From the NCBI GenBank assembly GCA_003344405.1, contig NOWV01000031.1:496001-560000 (forward strand): a stretch of DNA of 64,000 nucleotides, in the 5' to 3' direction. This stretch comes from Trichoplax sp. H2 (Eukaryota). Of the stretch, positions 25,401-38,555 are shown piece by piece. A program made the translations under genes and the position numbers. Each line of letters opens with the position of its first letter. Within the stretch, counting starts at the first letter, position 1. Under the pieces are notes generated by a model, which searched no databases, was not told the DNA's origin, and was given only the letters and a program-made list of their open reading frames with translations.

Positions 25401-27295
25401 ATCATATCATGATTGAGTAGTTTTTTTTGGCGGATAATTGATCGTCAATGAGCTGTGATGTTGAATAAGCGTTTATAGTATTAAAAACGCTTGTACGTCA
25501 AAGTCTACGATTTCTACAGCGATCATATGGAAAAGTAATTCTTGTAATCGAATCAAAATAGTAAAATACGCTTATCCACACTTTGCTTCAATAAGCAATT
25601 TTTTTTACATACTTATATAGGTGCTGTGGGAGGTATTGTTGGTAATCCTGCTGACATGGTGAACGTCAGGTGGGAATTCTTATGTATACATAGCGATATA
25701 TCATTGAATTTCTATAGATATAGGATTGCATTCAACATAGATTGCCCTTTTTGTGATATTTAATCAAGTCTGTACTATTTCAACCGTTAGTACACTTTGC
25801 TTGCTTAACTGTAAAGATTACGATGACGGTCTTTGATAGCATAGCATAACATAGCGGATTAAGACATAGGTTAAACCCTTTTATATCACTCTTTATTAAA
25901 GACAATTTTTGGTATTCATAGGATGCAAAATGATGTCAAAATACCAAAAGAAAATCGCAGAAAGTAATTTCATAAGCCTACATCGGAATTTTATCTGTCG
26001 CGAAATTTACATTAGATTTTAAATCCATATCAACATGTTTTCCACGCTAAAGATATTCAAAATTATTGCCATAGAATAACAACATATTTCAGTAGACTGT
26101 GATATTGTTGATCTTAAATCAATATCGATCAAGTTATGTGATACTAACGTAAGCTAAAATTTTCGATAAATTATTTTTCTTTTGAAAGTTATCGCCACGT
26201 ATTTGATGGCTTGCGAAGAGTAGCAGCGGAAGGTAATTGAATATATTCTTCAACGAAAATGGTAGTTATGGTATTAGTTTGTATTGCATGACAATAGTTC
26301 AAAAATGATCTCGCTCATCCATTTCATAGAGGGAGTACCAAAGTGGTTTACTGGCGTAACAATGACTGCCAGTCGTGCTATTTTGATGACTATTGCTCAG
26401 GTTGCTGTCTACGATCAAGCTAAGCAAATGCTGCTGACTACTGGGTATGCTTGGAGATAATATACCGACTTTGTAATTTATCCTTGTTGTTGCTGTATTA
26501 TTATTCGTTTTTTCCCATAGCAGTAATCGCATGACTGACTATCTTCTATGAACAATTTGTAGGTACTTTGTAGATAATCCAATTACTCATTTTACAGCAA
26601 GTACTATTGCAGTAAGTAATATCATGCTTAAACAAAGACAGTAATCTTATAGTAAAGTTCATGCATGCTTTATTTAATATTCGCTCGGAAATGACAAAAT
26701 AAATTTTGTTGTCATGGAAGTTTATGGAATACATGATAGATTAATTATTTTAATATATAGGGCACCGTTGCAACGACAATTACTCAACCTACCGATGTTA
26801 TGAAGACTAGATTGATGAATGCTAAGCCTGGAGAATTTAGAGTACGATAGTTGTTCTTTCATTGCTATAATTTATCTGTGAAGGCCTTTTCCCTTCTTGT
26901 TTATAGTATTAGATATGGATTTAGTAGGCTACCAAATGAAAATATGTACGGTGATATTGATACTCTTAGAAGTATCACAGTTACTTTCTATCGATCTTTT
27001 TGATTAATGGCATACGTATTTTTTCTCTCTGCAGTCGATATTTCATTGCATCCTATTCACAGCAAAGTCGGGTCCTTTATCGTTTTTCAAGGTTAGCATA
27101 AAATTTACTAAAGAAAGAGTCGTCTAGAAGTTAAAGTATAAACAGCACCGAAGATATAACGTCTTGATGAAATTTTTCCACTGCTTTTAGGGATATGTTC
27201 CAGCTTGGGTAAGGTTGGCTCCACATACCATCTTGACATTCTTATTTTACGAGCAAATACGTCGTATAAATGGTTATATCTACACTGAAAAATAG
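22483..27295 (+). CDS. SLC25A10: Mitochondrial dicarboxylate carrier-like, paralog A, multi-exon
   Basis: MPNQGPRKVAAWYDGGLAGAAAACFTHPLDLVK|VHLQTQ..LYTGLSASVMRQ|LTYSTARFAIYD..GNPADMVNVR|MQNDVK..YDQAKQ..QPTDVMKTRLMN..GYVPAWVRLAPHTILTFLFYEQIRR..EK*. Three Px[DE]xx[KR]-type carrier motifs are present. Confidence 0.93.
22627..23220. repeat. Tandem array, 5 x ~117-123 bp, in intron 1 of SLC25A10-A
   Basis: Units start at ~22627, 22744, 22861, 22982 and 23105. Core is GATGAAACAACTTGAAAGTAACCAA..GATCGCTACATGCACAATTCTGCTT. Confidence 0.95.
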
Positions 27296-30200
27296 TAACG
27301 TGACATCCTTGAACTATGTTACGCACATCATAGGCTGGCTTACAAGTATTTATTTCAGCTTAATATGACGAAATTCTCTGTCTATTTATTTAGGCACGCT
27401 TTAATTGTTTTAATTAGAACCTAGTAAGGTATTACTCTTTAATTGAGAAGGAACTGCAAATCATGCTATTATTTATTCCCCTAGTAATATCATATCCATC
27501 TAAATCACGCTATATGAGCAATATTGTAATTAATTCATTTTTATTACATATTGGAAAATGACCATTGCCATGTGAACTTTAGTGTATGGCTAAAGTACTC
27601 TGAATTTGCTCTTGTTTAATAGCGAAATTAGTTTTGATAAAATTATTAGCGGAACAACTTAATCATAGTTTGCATCAAGCCAACCTACAGCGAGTTTTGA
27701 TCTTATTTCATTGATGATGATGATGAAATGGTTGTATTAATTTTAGTAACTCCAACGACCATTGTGGAATAATATTTTTGATTACAAACGCTTTAAAATG
27801 ATTATAATGTGACTTGTGAAAGAGTACAAGATTAGGTAGGAATCTGTACATTAGTCAACTTAGCAAATTGTTGTTCTTGTAAAAAGTTACTTATGGAAAT
27901 ACATTCTAATGCATGATGCAGGGTCAGACATTTTTACGTACACATTTTGTGAATAAAGATGTTTCCATGTTCCGTATAAGCTTATTCTCTGATAAGTTAG
28001 ATAGAAACGGTTATTATTATAACTAATTGTAGCAGCTGTTCAAAGTCCGGAACGGCGATTGTACGACAGTATGAACTAGTGTAATTGCTATGTATTTGAA
28101 TAAATAAAAAGTTTTTCTTTTAAGTCATGATTAAATCACTTTTGTAATGTATTTGAATATATTAACTGTTTAAGTCAATGAATTGTCTAGGAGTTCCTGT
28201 ATGATATGAGAACTGGTTTTGGCGGTTTATGATGTACAACACCCGAACTTTAGGGTAAGCAAACATTTCTAAAGAAGCTCTTTTAGCCAAGCAATATTCG
28301 ATAGAATGCCCTGCTAAATGTGGAAATGAAGGCATGCACAAATTTTTAATGTTACTAGAGAACGTTTCATTAGCGAATACAATAGTATTATTAATTATGT
28401 AAAGCTTTTAATGACATGATTATGTATTGATTATTTTAGTTTTACAAGCGTTTAGTGTTGTATGGCTAGAACTCTTCGTACTCTCTGTCAAGCTTAGGAT
28501 TTCACTATAAATTATAGATGATGACGAAGCAGTGATATATGCTACAAATCGGTAGATATTGAACATAAATTACAGTGACCCTAGAGGTTATATAATATTT
28601 CCAAATTTTACAGTCATGCTGAAGCTATATTTTCTTGTACAGCAGAGACTGAAATCAAATTTGTAAAATATGAAAAAGTAATTAATAATTATAACATGAA
28701 CTAATCAAGGTCTACGATGACGATAATTTTCTTTACTTCTATTATTATAAGTTAGTTTCATTAATGGAATTGTTAAAAGATGAAATAAGTCAAATGGGGC
28801 ATTAATGCGATGACTTGACATGTTTAATTTTAAAAGTAAGCAATCAAAAGGAGGAAGATGTATCCATTGTTCCTAGCAAGGCCGATTTTTAATCAATTTC
28901 AGCTAAACAAAGGTCGATGGAAAGTCCATCCTACCGTTTACATAAGTTGAACCTTTGCCTGATTAAATTCTGTATAATAACCTTGTTAATATGGACGATC
29001 ACCAACTGTGTGAATATTATGATTTGTATGCAAATGAGATATGTACAGTATTGGATGCCTTTTTGGACATACTCTTCAAAACAGGCCTAGTTCGATACGG
29101 TACTTAGGTAGATTACTGATCTTAATTTGGATTTGTAACTACAATTGAAAAGCTTCAGGATTTGCGCTGGTATATTATAATTATTGGTCACACAATCAGG
29201 TAGATCGGAGAGATTTTAGATGAAGATACTCGATAGGGATGGATTCGTTGCTACTGGCATATTCATCTCCAAGTGACAAAAATTTTTTTTATCCAATAAC
29301 TCATTAAAAATGTGATACTAGCTCACTATACAGTAGATACATTTCACTTTGCTATAAACGCTGTATTGAATGACGGACGATTCTATCAGTGATATCATCG
29401 ACTCTTTTTGTGTACATTGCTTTAACGAGATGTTTACTTTTGAAAGTTAAATACTGAATTGCAATAGGTTGTAAAGAGGAGGCGTTGGCTAGCTAACATC
29501 GTATGATCGAATGTGTTAATACTTTAGTGCTGATCATTCTGGTAATGAAAAAAAAAATTTGATTGCCTATCTAAAATAATAGGATAATATTATAATTTCG
29601 AACGGAAAGAGAAGATTAAGTGTATCTTGAAATCTATCGTTTTAGTCTTTATATCATTTGAATAGCAAATCGATTGGAAAATGACTTACTTTCATGCATA
29701 TATGAAATCATTTATTCTGATTATTAAAAGCCGTCCTCTATTTCTTTAAAAATGCATCCAACTATTAGTAATAATATAGTACAATCTTTAATTACGGCCC
29801 CAAAATTATTTTACTATTTTCGTCACCAAAATAATTATTGTATTCCGGCTAGTTTATTTGCGATGTGAAGTAATACGGTTTACATTCGTGATGCGTCGTA
29901 GTCACTGTTAATGACGATATCAGAATGAGCATTTTACAGTAGGCACTACTATTGGAGATTTGACATAAGACTTTGTATGGGTAAAATGGTATGGGCCATA
30001 CAAGGCAGATAAAATAGAAGTAGAGCATGATTGCAGACTAACCGGAATAAAGTTTACAACCGCGAACATGGGTGCTGATAATTTGGTAGTTTTTGACTAC
30101 AGGGCAGCATAGCTTGCAGTAAGTATACGCTGGAAAAACAGCAATAAAGAACTATTCACTGTTGTTTTAGTGGCATTGACCTACATCATTAGTTCCGAGA

Positions 30201-32021
30201 AGTAATGTAGGGAGCGATTATGATAATGCAACAGGAAATGGTATTTGATCTTAACGTTTTGACTGAAAGTACAAACTAGTGACTTTGAGTCGGCTAGAAC
30301 TCTGGCATCGATTGGCAAACTGTGAACTAATATCGTCATATTTCATACAGCGCAAGCTAGCGTCTTTTACAGCAGAAGTTGTACCACATCATAGCTTAAT
30401 CTTCTGCAACATGTGCAGGTTTGTTCCCTGGTGATAACACTAGGATGACAGTACGTAATCACAGCTGGTAGTCAGCAATTCCAGGTACTTCTCAGCATGA
30501 TGTGCTCATCAAGAGAAATTCAAATTGAAAATAAATAAACATCTTGAAATAGCGTAATTTAAATTTGATTCGACAGTAGGAAAATTGAACAATCGTATTA
30601 CAAGATTATTAGAAGCTAGACTCCAAATTTAGCAAGGGTATCAGGGCAGGGGTAGTCTGGCCGTCGGTGACAATGAAAGGATGATTCCCAGTATCATAAC
30701 TTTGGAATGAATAATTCATGAATCCCATCGACGGGAATCCATACAGCTAAAAGAATGAACCGATCCAGCAATCATCCACGTTATTCATCTCCATACATGA
30801 GATGATCAATCCTCATACCTAGAATTTCTCCACCTTCTTAACAGCCATCTTAACAGCCATCTTACAGGATTAAAACCTTATGCTAACTGTTTAGTTATGT
30901 CAATTGTACAGTCTAATATTGAATTTAGTTCGCTGCGATGAAACAATATTTGCACCGAGTGGCGGCTTCCTTCACTTTTCTGCTACATTTAATGAATTTG
31001 AAAAAAATAAATAAAAAAGTTTGCTCATGTGCTGACAGCGCCCTCAATGGGGCGGACCCACAGCCCCCACACTGATTATAGTTGAGCCATTCCGATACTG
31101 GATTAGTTAGCAAAGCTACGGGCAGACACTTCATGGTTATGAGGCAGCAAATTAACAGTACGCTATCAACGTATGAGCGATCTCACTGATTCTATACAGT
31201 GCCCTGTAATGTCTAGACAGTCATTCATCCATTCAAAAAAAAAAATTTTTTTTCTTTTCTGACGCAATCCATCGAGCGCCATGCTATCAAGCAGCGATGG
31301 CCCGAAAATAACAATTCTAGGCAGTATGATGCAAATTTGTCCATTTATTAATTACTATTCTAAGCAGGATTGAAGTTGAGAGACCGCTACAGTACCTAGG
31401 ATGATGAGATGAGGTGAAAAAAGTCTGATTTCATCATTTTTAACGAGAGGACATTTTTAAACTGGATTAAACTTTCAGAGTTCAATCAACATCATCTTTG
31501 TGTCATTTGAACACGTAATGACCTAGAAAGGGCGCAATCCAACGCGATAATAGTAGAATGGACTAGAGGCAAGACTAGATTAGACTAGTACTTCTAGAAG
31601 GACATGAATTGCAACATTCGATATTTTGCCTAGTCTTGATTGGCTTAACGACACTGTTGGCATGGCAGCTCCATCTCACGGTATTTTCAATTATGCTAAT
31701 GCCAGCCCAAACCGGTTTATATCTTGTTTTTTGTTTCAAAAGGGGTGGGGTTGGCAATGACGTTGAATTCTTCCTATTGTTATTATCGCACAATTTGGAG
31801 GTGTGCCCGCTATACAATAGCCACACTGTGTCACTATCTAATTCGAGACAATAGAAGGTTTAGATAAAAAAAAAATTTTGAATCGTTTACTTTAAAAAGA
31901 CTCGACGCTAGACCCAATTAATTCATTCGCATTACCCGTGGTCATCCATTTCGTTATCAGCTGGCCAATTTTTCCCGATCATTTCTTTTGCACAGAAAGT
32001 CGCAAGAAATTCTACCTGACC

Positions 32022-35000
32022 ATGGGAATGAACAAGAAGAAAATATCCAAATGGTATGATGGCGGTATTGCTGGCTCGATTGCAGTCTGTTTCACTCATC
32101 CATTGGACTTAATTAAGGTATGAAGATGAAGGAAATGCATTTCATAAAGAGTCAAAGTTCTCTATTAGGCTGATAAAAAAATGTTCAAAGTTCTCTATGT
32201 CTGCTATCGTCATGTAGTCTTTCATCAGCATGATTTCATCCTCTTTTGTACGGTACTGTATATACGAGAACTTGATCCAATTTCTCCCCTTAGTTTTGAA
32301 TTCTACAGGAAACCGATACAATAAATACAAGCATAAGTGATTGAAAAGATTCTCTAGGATAATTAGATCGTAGTAGGCTAGCATAGAAGAGCATATCAGA
32401 GTGATTGACTTCGATGTAAGGTAGTACTTACCACGAAAATAGCATCAACGCCAATACTGTCTGATATGAATGAATTTTTTCTCCTTTGCTATAACCTAAT
32501 TTTATTCTCTCATCATCCAGAATACCTGAAATAACTGTACTGTAAAATCAAAACTATAGGTTATAAATACATGCGTGAATAGAATAATCTCTCAATGACC
32601 ATCATATTAATTTTTCAGCAATTTCATAATCACTGATCAAATGATTACAGGAAATTACAACCAAAACGACAGCACATTATGACTGAATTAATTTAATACT
32701 AGTTATCACATTGCACTTTTCTTGTAGTTATTTTTTGAATCTATAGTTTAAATTATCAATTGACCAGCTAGAAACGATGGAGACCATTAAGAGTATAATC
32801 CTTAAACAGTTCAAAATTTTTAAAAATTCACTTTTTCCATCCCTCTTCTAATCATTCTCAACATAAATTAAACCTATTAACAGGAGTTTAATGTTCAGTC
32901 TATGAAGGAATTGGTTTTATCAACCTGAAAATATCCCTCGCTTTACTTACTGTATTATATATACAGTAGTAATCATGCAAGAAAACTGCCTAAATCGCCC
33001 TTAACAGAATAACATTAATCCTTATAATAGGTCCATCTACAAACACAAGAATCTGTCGCTACTGGAGCAAGTAACATGGCAATCTCAATTGTCAAGACAC
33101 AAGGCTCGAGAGCTTTGTACAACGGTTTAACGGCATCCATTGCTCGTCAAGTAAGTTCAATTTGTGTTCCATTTAAGAAACTTTAAACTTTGATCGGATA
33201 CAACAAAATGATCACAGAAAGTCGGCAGCCCTTTGTACGATAAAGTATTTATCTAAGACAACACCTCCATCGTTACTCCTCCGCAAAATTATCATGCATT
33301 CATTAAAAAATTCATTTTTAACTTAACATGTTGACTTTGCACCGATTAGAGAAGTAAGTTGGAAAGTTCACCGAGATCTTAGTATCTTGTAATGTAATGA
33401 ATTTTGATTTTATCATATTACGTACAGTTGAAAGTATTCTACCAATGTTATCTTTCACATATACTACATTGTGTTTGTAGCTACAAGGCGCGGTATAGAT
33501 GCTATGGTAATTATCGTGTTAAATTATTATTATTTCACGCCAATATCTAGATTCGCTTAGTCATCAATTGATTACATACTAGTAGAAGCATACACTTGAA
33601 CGAAAATTTAAAAAATGCCGCTGCTAATTCTTTTACAGTAATCGGCAATGACCTAAAATTGTTAATGTTGAATAAATTTCACTTCCTAATCAATTGATAA
33701 CCTGCGAATCTCTTTTGATATGAATGTTCATTTCAAATGTTCTTCTAAAATCGGCATAGTTATCCTACACAACAACTCGATTTGGCGTATTCGAAGCTTT
33801 GAAAAAACGCATTCAAAAATCACCCGATGAACCGATAAGTTTCACTCAGAAAATGTTACTTGGAGCCGCTGGAGGTGAGATCATAATGATTGAAAAAAAA
33901 TCAGTTTTACTTAGTGCTACATTCTAATTTCAATTCTATCCCTGAATGAAAGAAAATTCTAGTAATTTACAGCTAGGCGATCAATTATTTAAGATGATAA
34001 ATGAACATAGTAAATAAACTACCACGAGTAGTGGTAGCAGAATGAAGAAAATAGGAATGAATGACATTGTCCCTTAAAATAGCAGACTGAACCAAACAAA
34101 TTTTAGTCATTTAAATTTACTAGCGATGCAATCCTTTAAAGTTAGGTAAAAATGATGGGATGAAATTAGCGTCATCATTTCTAGCACGCGCTATCTCAAT
34201 TTAATTGCTATTAGTCAACAGCTGCTGGATTATAGCAAATAATGGATACGATTATTTTTTTTAATTTATTCGATAATAATCGTGAAAGAAAGGAAATTCA
34301 TGCAGCCATTCAGTTTAAACATCTTTTCTTGTACTTTTATTTATTCAACTCTTTGTTTCATTTCCGCACTAGGTACTATTGGTGGCATTGTTGGTAATCC
34401 ACCAGATTTAATCAACGTTAGGTAAGCTGAAATAAATGTTTTTCACTTTTACTTATCTTATTATACATCGATGTATCGGAATGATTTAAACTAGTTCTTT
34501 TCGTTTTTCTTTTTATGTTTAAGATTTTTATTTTCTATAACGCTGTGGGTAATAACTGATTTGTCTGTCCCTCTCGTTATTATTGTTTAAGAATCACTTT
34601 TATTCTATTCATGTCGCATTTTGATTGATTGCTTATCTATACTGATCTGTACGTAGCAGTAAACCTCTTCCGTCGTAGAAAAGTAAATCGCCTTATTCCA
34701 ATTAGTAAAGTAAACGATATCAAACAAATTGATTAACATGGCTATTAATTACATTCAATGGCGATGGGTGTTACAGTGGTCTACAACATGTCAATCAGAA
34801 GAAATAGTTTACGCTACCATTTCCGATATGATTATTCCCCGCGTTGAAAACATTATTTAATAGTAGCACTTTTGCCAGTATACAGTACTGATCATCTTAT
34901 AGGAATCAATTAAGTTTATTTAAAACGATAAGGAAATGCAGTGTACTGATATATTGCAGCGCGGTAATGTTACCCATTTCTATATCAACGAATTCTTTTT

Positions 35001-37672
35001 ATTCATGGAGGTGAAATTTTGAATGGCTTTAGTTATATGAAACGAAATGATGTGAATAGAAACATAGTTTAATTTACTGGTTGTTGCGTCATGGTTACTC
35101 CGCGTTGATTTATCGTTTTCAATAGTTAGTCATGGTAAAATCATCCAAGTGTCTATAGTAGATGACAGCAATTGGTACGGGTGATGTACTCTTGACAGCC
35201 TCGTTTTAAATTGAACGATTCTGTATTAGGGCCCATACGTTTTCAGTCTACACAATAAATAATAAAATCCTATTTCCTCCCTATTAATTAGCTTAGCTCG
35301 AGAGAATAGTATCGAAACGCATTAACACACGCAATAGTAACAAGTTGCCGCAGATTATTGTTGAATGAATTCATGATAGATCCGAAAGGACAGCGCCCAT
35401 CATCCATCTTTGAACATCAATTATGATGATTATGATGCAAATAAGATTATTATAGTTGGTAAATACTGTTGAAAGTATTTTTTCGCCTCTCTCTGTCAGT
35501 CTTTCCATCAAAAATTCACCAGTTTTAACCATCCCTATTGTGTAGCTTACGATATTACAACGATTTCTAACTTCGCTGCGTATAAAGAATAGCCGAATTT
35601 GAATGTAATTTAATTCCTTGGTTTCTTGATTGATTTCTATTAGAATGCAAAATGATGTTAAACTGCCTGTTGATCAAAGAAGAAAGTAAGTAGATTAACC
35701 TCGATCGACATATTACTAATCGTTTTGTAATGATTATCGACAGCAGATAGTAGTACATTAAATATGAATAACTTATTAATTTTTGTCCTAGTTACGAGAA
35801 ATCATTGTTATCATTTATTGGATTTGCTATACGATAATTTTAGTATTTTAAAAAAAATTCACATGAACTCTATACTTACTCATTGGCGTTTTCAGAAATT
35901 GTCGTTGTTCTATTTACACGCGTACTATATATCTTACAAGTACTAGTATAGCAACGTTGATTCTTTTTAATGGGTGATTATTACGCAATCGAGTCTAATA
36001 CCAATAGAAAATAGGAAATGACATTTTCAGTAGTAATAATATGTAGTAAGCATATAACTCCTACAGTTTTGCGTCAGTGGGAAAGACTGTTATGATAAAT
36101 ATTGCGCAATCAACTTAAAATTAATAAGTATATGGGTATTCTAGTGTTGGAAGCGATGATGCATGGCAAAACATATCATTCGTAACTTATTTGAAAAGAA
36201 TTCACACGAGTAGGATATAGATGTCTATTTTTAAATATTTGGCGTCGGGATGTATATTTACATACAAGAATAAATTCTAAATCAATATAAACTGCTGTTG
36301 TAGTAATTATTGCGCAATCCATCCTCAATATAATTCATGTATACAATTCATAATAAGGATGTAAAGATGGTTTTCCTTATTTACATCTTAATGCCTGCTT
36401 GTTAATGTTACCTTTTTATATCTTTTGAACATCATAGCTACAAAAATTTCTTCGATGGTATGAAAAGAATCACCGCGGAAGGTAATTAATAATCCTAATT
36501 GATAGCTTATAGTGAATAGTAATGCCAACAGAAAATGAACAATAATATTAATACTATGCTAAAATAAGCTAAGTTAAACTTTTCATTAATATATTTAGCT
36601 TGTATAATTGTATAGTGATTGATTCCGCTATTAATATAGCTAAATTGTTGTGTTGGTAAAGTTCATCAACTAAAATAGATTTATTGTTGTTGATATTCAA
36701 TCCTATTAGAGGGTGCCCTAACTTTATTCAATGGAGTCTCAATGACAATTATGCGTTCAGTTTTGATGACGGTAGCACAAGCCGCTGTTTATTATCAATC
36801 TAAGGAGAATTTAATCGGCACTGGGTAGGTTAACTACCAAGGATATGAGATACGGAACAATAATTGATTCTAATAATAAGATAACAGTCATTGAAATTGT
36901 ATCTGTCTATTCGATATATAAATAAACTAAAGCATTTTTTGTCGCGATGAGCAACTGCTGTAATACTTTATCTCCGCACTGTTATAATACTCTAATGTTC
37001 ATCCTATTTTAATATTGTAGCTATTTTAAGGACAATCTCATTACCCACTTTACGGCCAGTTTTATCTCGGTAAGCGATTTGGATGTTTTATGTCGATTGT
37101 TACCTACAGAATCTCCTATAATTAATCATCCGTGTTGTTTAACTGAAATAGGGAACTGTTGCTACTGCAGCCACACAACCTTTTGATGTCTTAAAGACAA
37201 GATTACAAAACGCTGAACATGGGCAATATAAGGTACTAACGGATATCTCGTATACGACTATGGTTTGTTACTAACATTCATGGATATGATGATTAGAATT
37301 TAAAATTATTTTCGCATCTACTTGATATAGAATTTCTTAGATTGTGCAGTTAAAACAGCGAAATTGGGCCCTAAAGCTTTCTATAAGGTATATTGTAATA
37401 GTAGTGTCATAATTTTCTTAAAACAAGGGGCTACTGTCTTGATTGCATGAGCGATTTTTAATTGCTTTGTATAATCTCTTATGGCATAATAACAACATGA
37501 AATCAATCCTATTTTAATGATTAAGGATAATTGTCAGTTGTTAAGAGACTACTGATTTCGTTCACAGGGTTATATACCAGCTTGGACAAGAATTGGACCT
37601 CATACCATTCTGTTATTTGTCTTTATTGAACAAATTCAGAAGATAAATTATTACGTTTATACTAAAAGCTAA
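32022..37672 (+). CDS. SLC25A10: Mitochondrial dicarboxylate carrier-like, paralog B, multi-exon
   Basis: MGMNKKKISKWYDGGIAGSIAVCFTHPLDLIK|VHLQTQ..LYNGLTASIARQ|LSYTTTRFGVFE..GNPPDLINVR|MQNDVK..QPFDVLKTRLQN..GYIPAWTRIGPHTILLFVFIEQIQK..KS*. Intron positions match paralog A. Confidence 0.93.
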
Positions 37673-38555
37673 TGGAATGATAAAATTTAATTCGTAAGAA
37701 TCTAATTTAAATTTAAGTTAAAATCTGTCCTATTCAAATTAAGATCAAAAGTAAGATATATCATTGCGTCCTGGTTGCTATCAGATCGTGATACTGTTAT
37801 TGAATTATGCCTACGGTACTATCAAAAATCAATTTCTATGGCAATAGCCACTTATATTTAAGAAATTGAATGATTTTTGCTATGGTTGACGAAATTCTTC
37901 GTAAATACAAGACTGAGATTCATTGCAGTTATAGATCACGGATAAAGATTGAATATACTATTGCATGGTAGATTTCTTCTTAAATTTTACTTTAAAAAAG
38001 TTCTAAGGAAAAATATTTCTTTTAATATTAAATGATAAGAGATTAATTAATAAACTATCTTATGATAGTTTCGTTGAACAATTGCAACGATGAACCTACA
38101 AATTACTGTTTGAAAAGCAATATTAATCTTGTTGTGATACAAGTTGATAAATTTCAATGGTTTAATTGAAGCATTGTTCGCAAAGATGGAACAGTAACGC
38201 TTAAACACTTTACCATTTCAGTATACAGACGTATATTGAACACTTACGATAACATAAAATGTTTATATATTGCCGTTCATCCATTTTTTCCTATTTATAA
38301 AGTATAGCTTCTATAATACTCCTAAATGCTATTTCATTATATAAGAATTCGATGATAAAATATAGCAAGTATTAATTCTATCATTTACTATTTTTGGTAC
38401 TGATCAATTTAACGTTCTTATATTGTATGGCAATAATTTATTGAAGGATAAAATGTGATTCAAAAATATTTAGGTGTCAATGAATGTTATGAGTGCAAGT
38501 GATACTTTATTATTATGGAAGTTTTCTAGAGTTAGCATGTTTACTACCACGGTGG

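Noticed and set aside
28162..28312. Possible terminal exon on the minus strand (HSIEYCLAKRASLEMFAYPKVRVLYII..)
   Set aside because: No recognisable homology and no upstream exons could be linked.
29969..30112. DFVWVKWYGPYK peptide reminiscent of the LTR-retroelement integrase GPY/F region
   Set aside because: Very short, with no integrase core, RT or LTRs nearby; likely chance.
31036..31052. CTCF-like CAGCGCCCTCAATGG
   Set aside because: Imperfect spacing against the consensus, a single instance and no supporting evidence.
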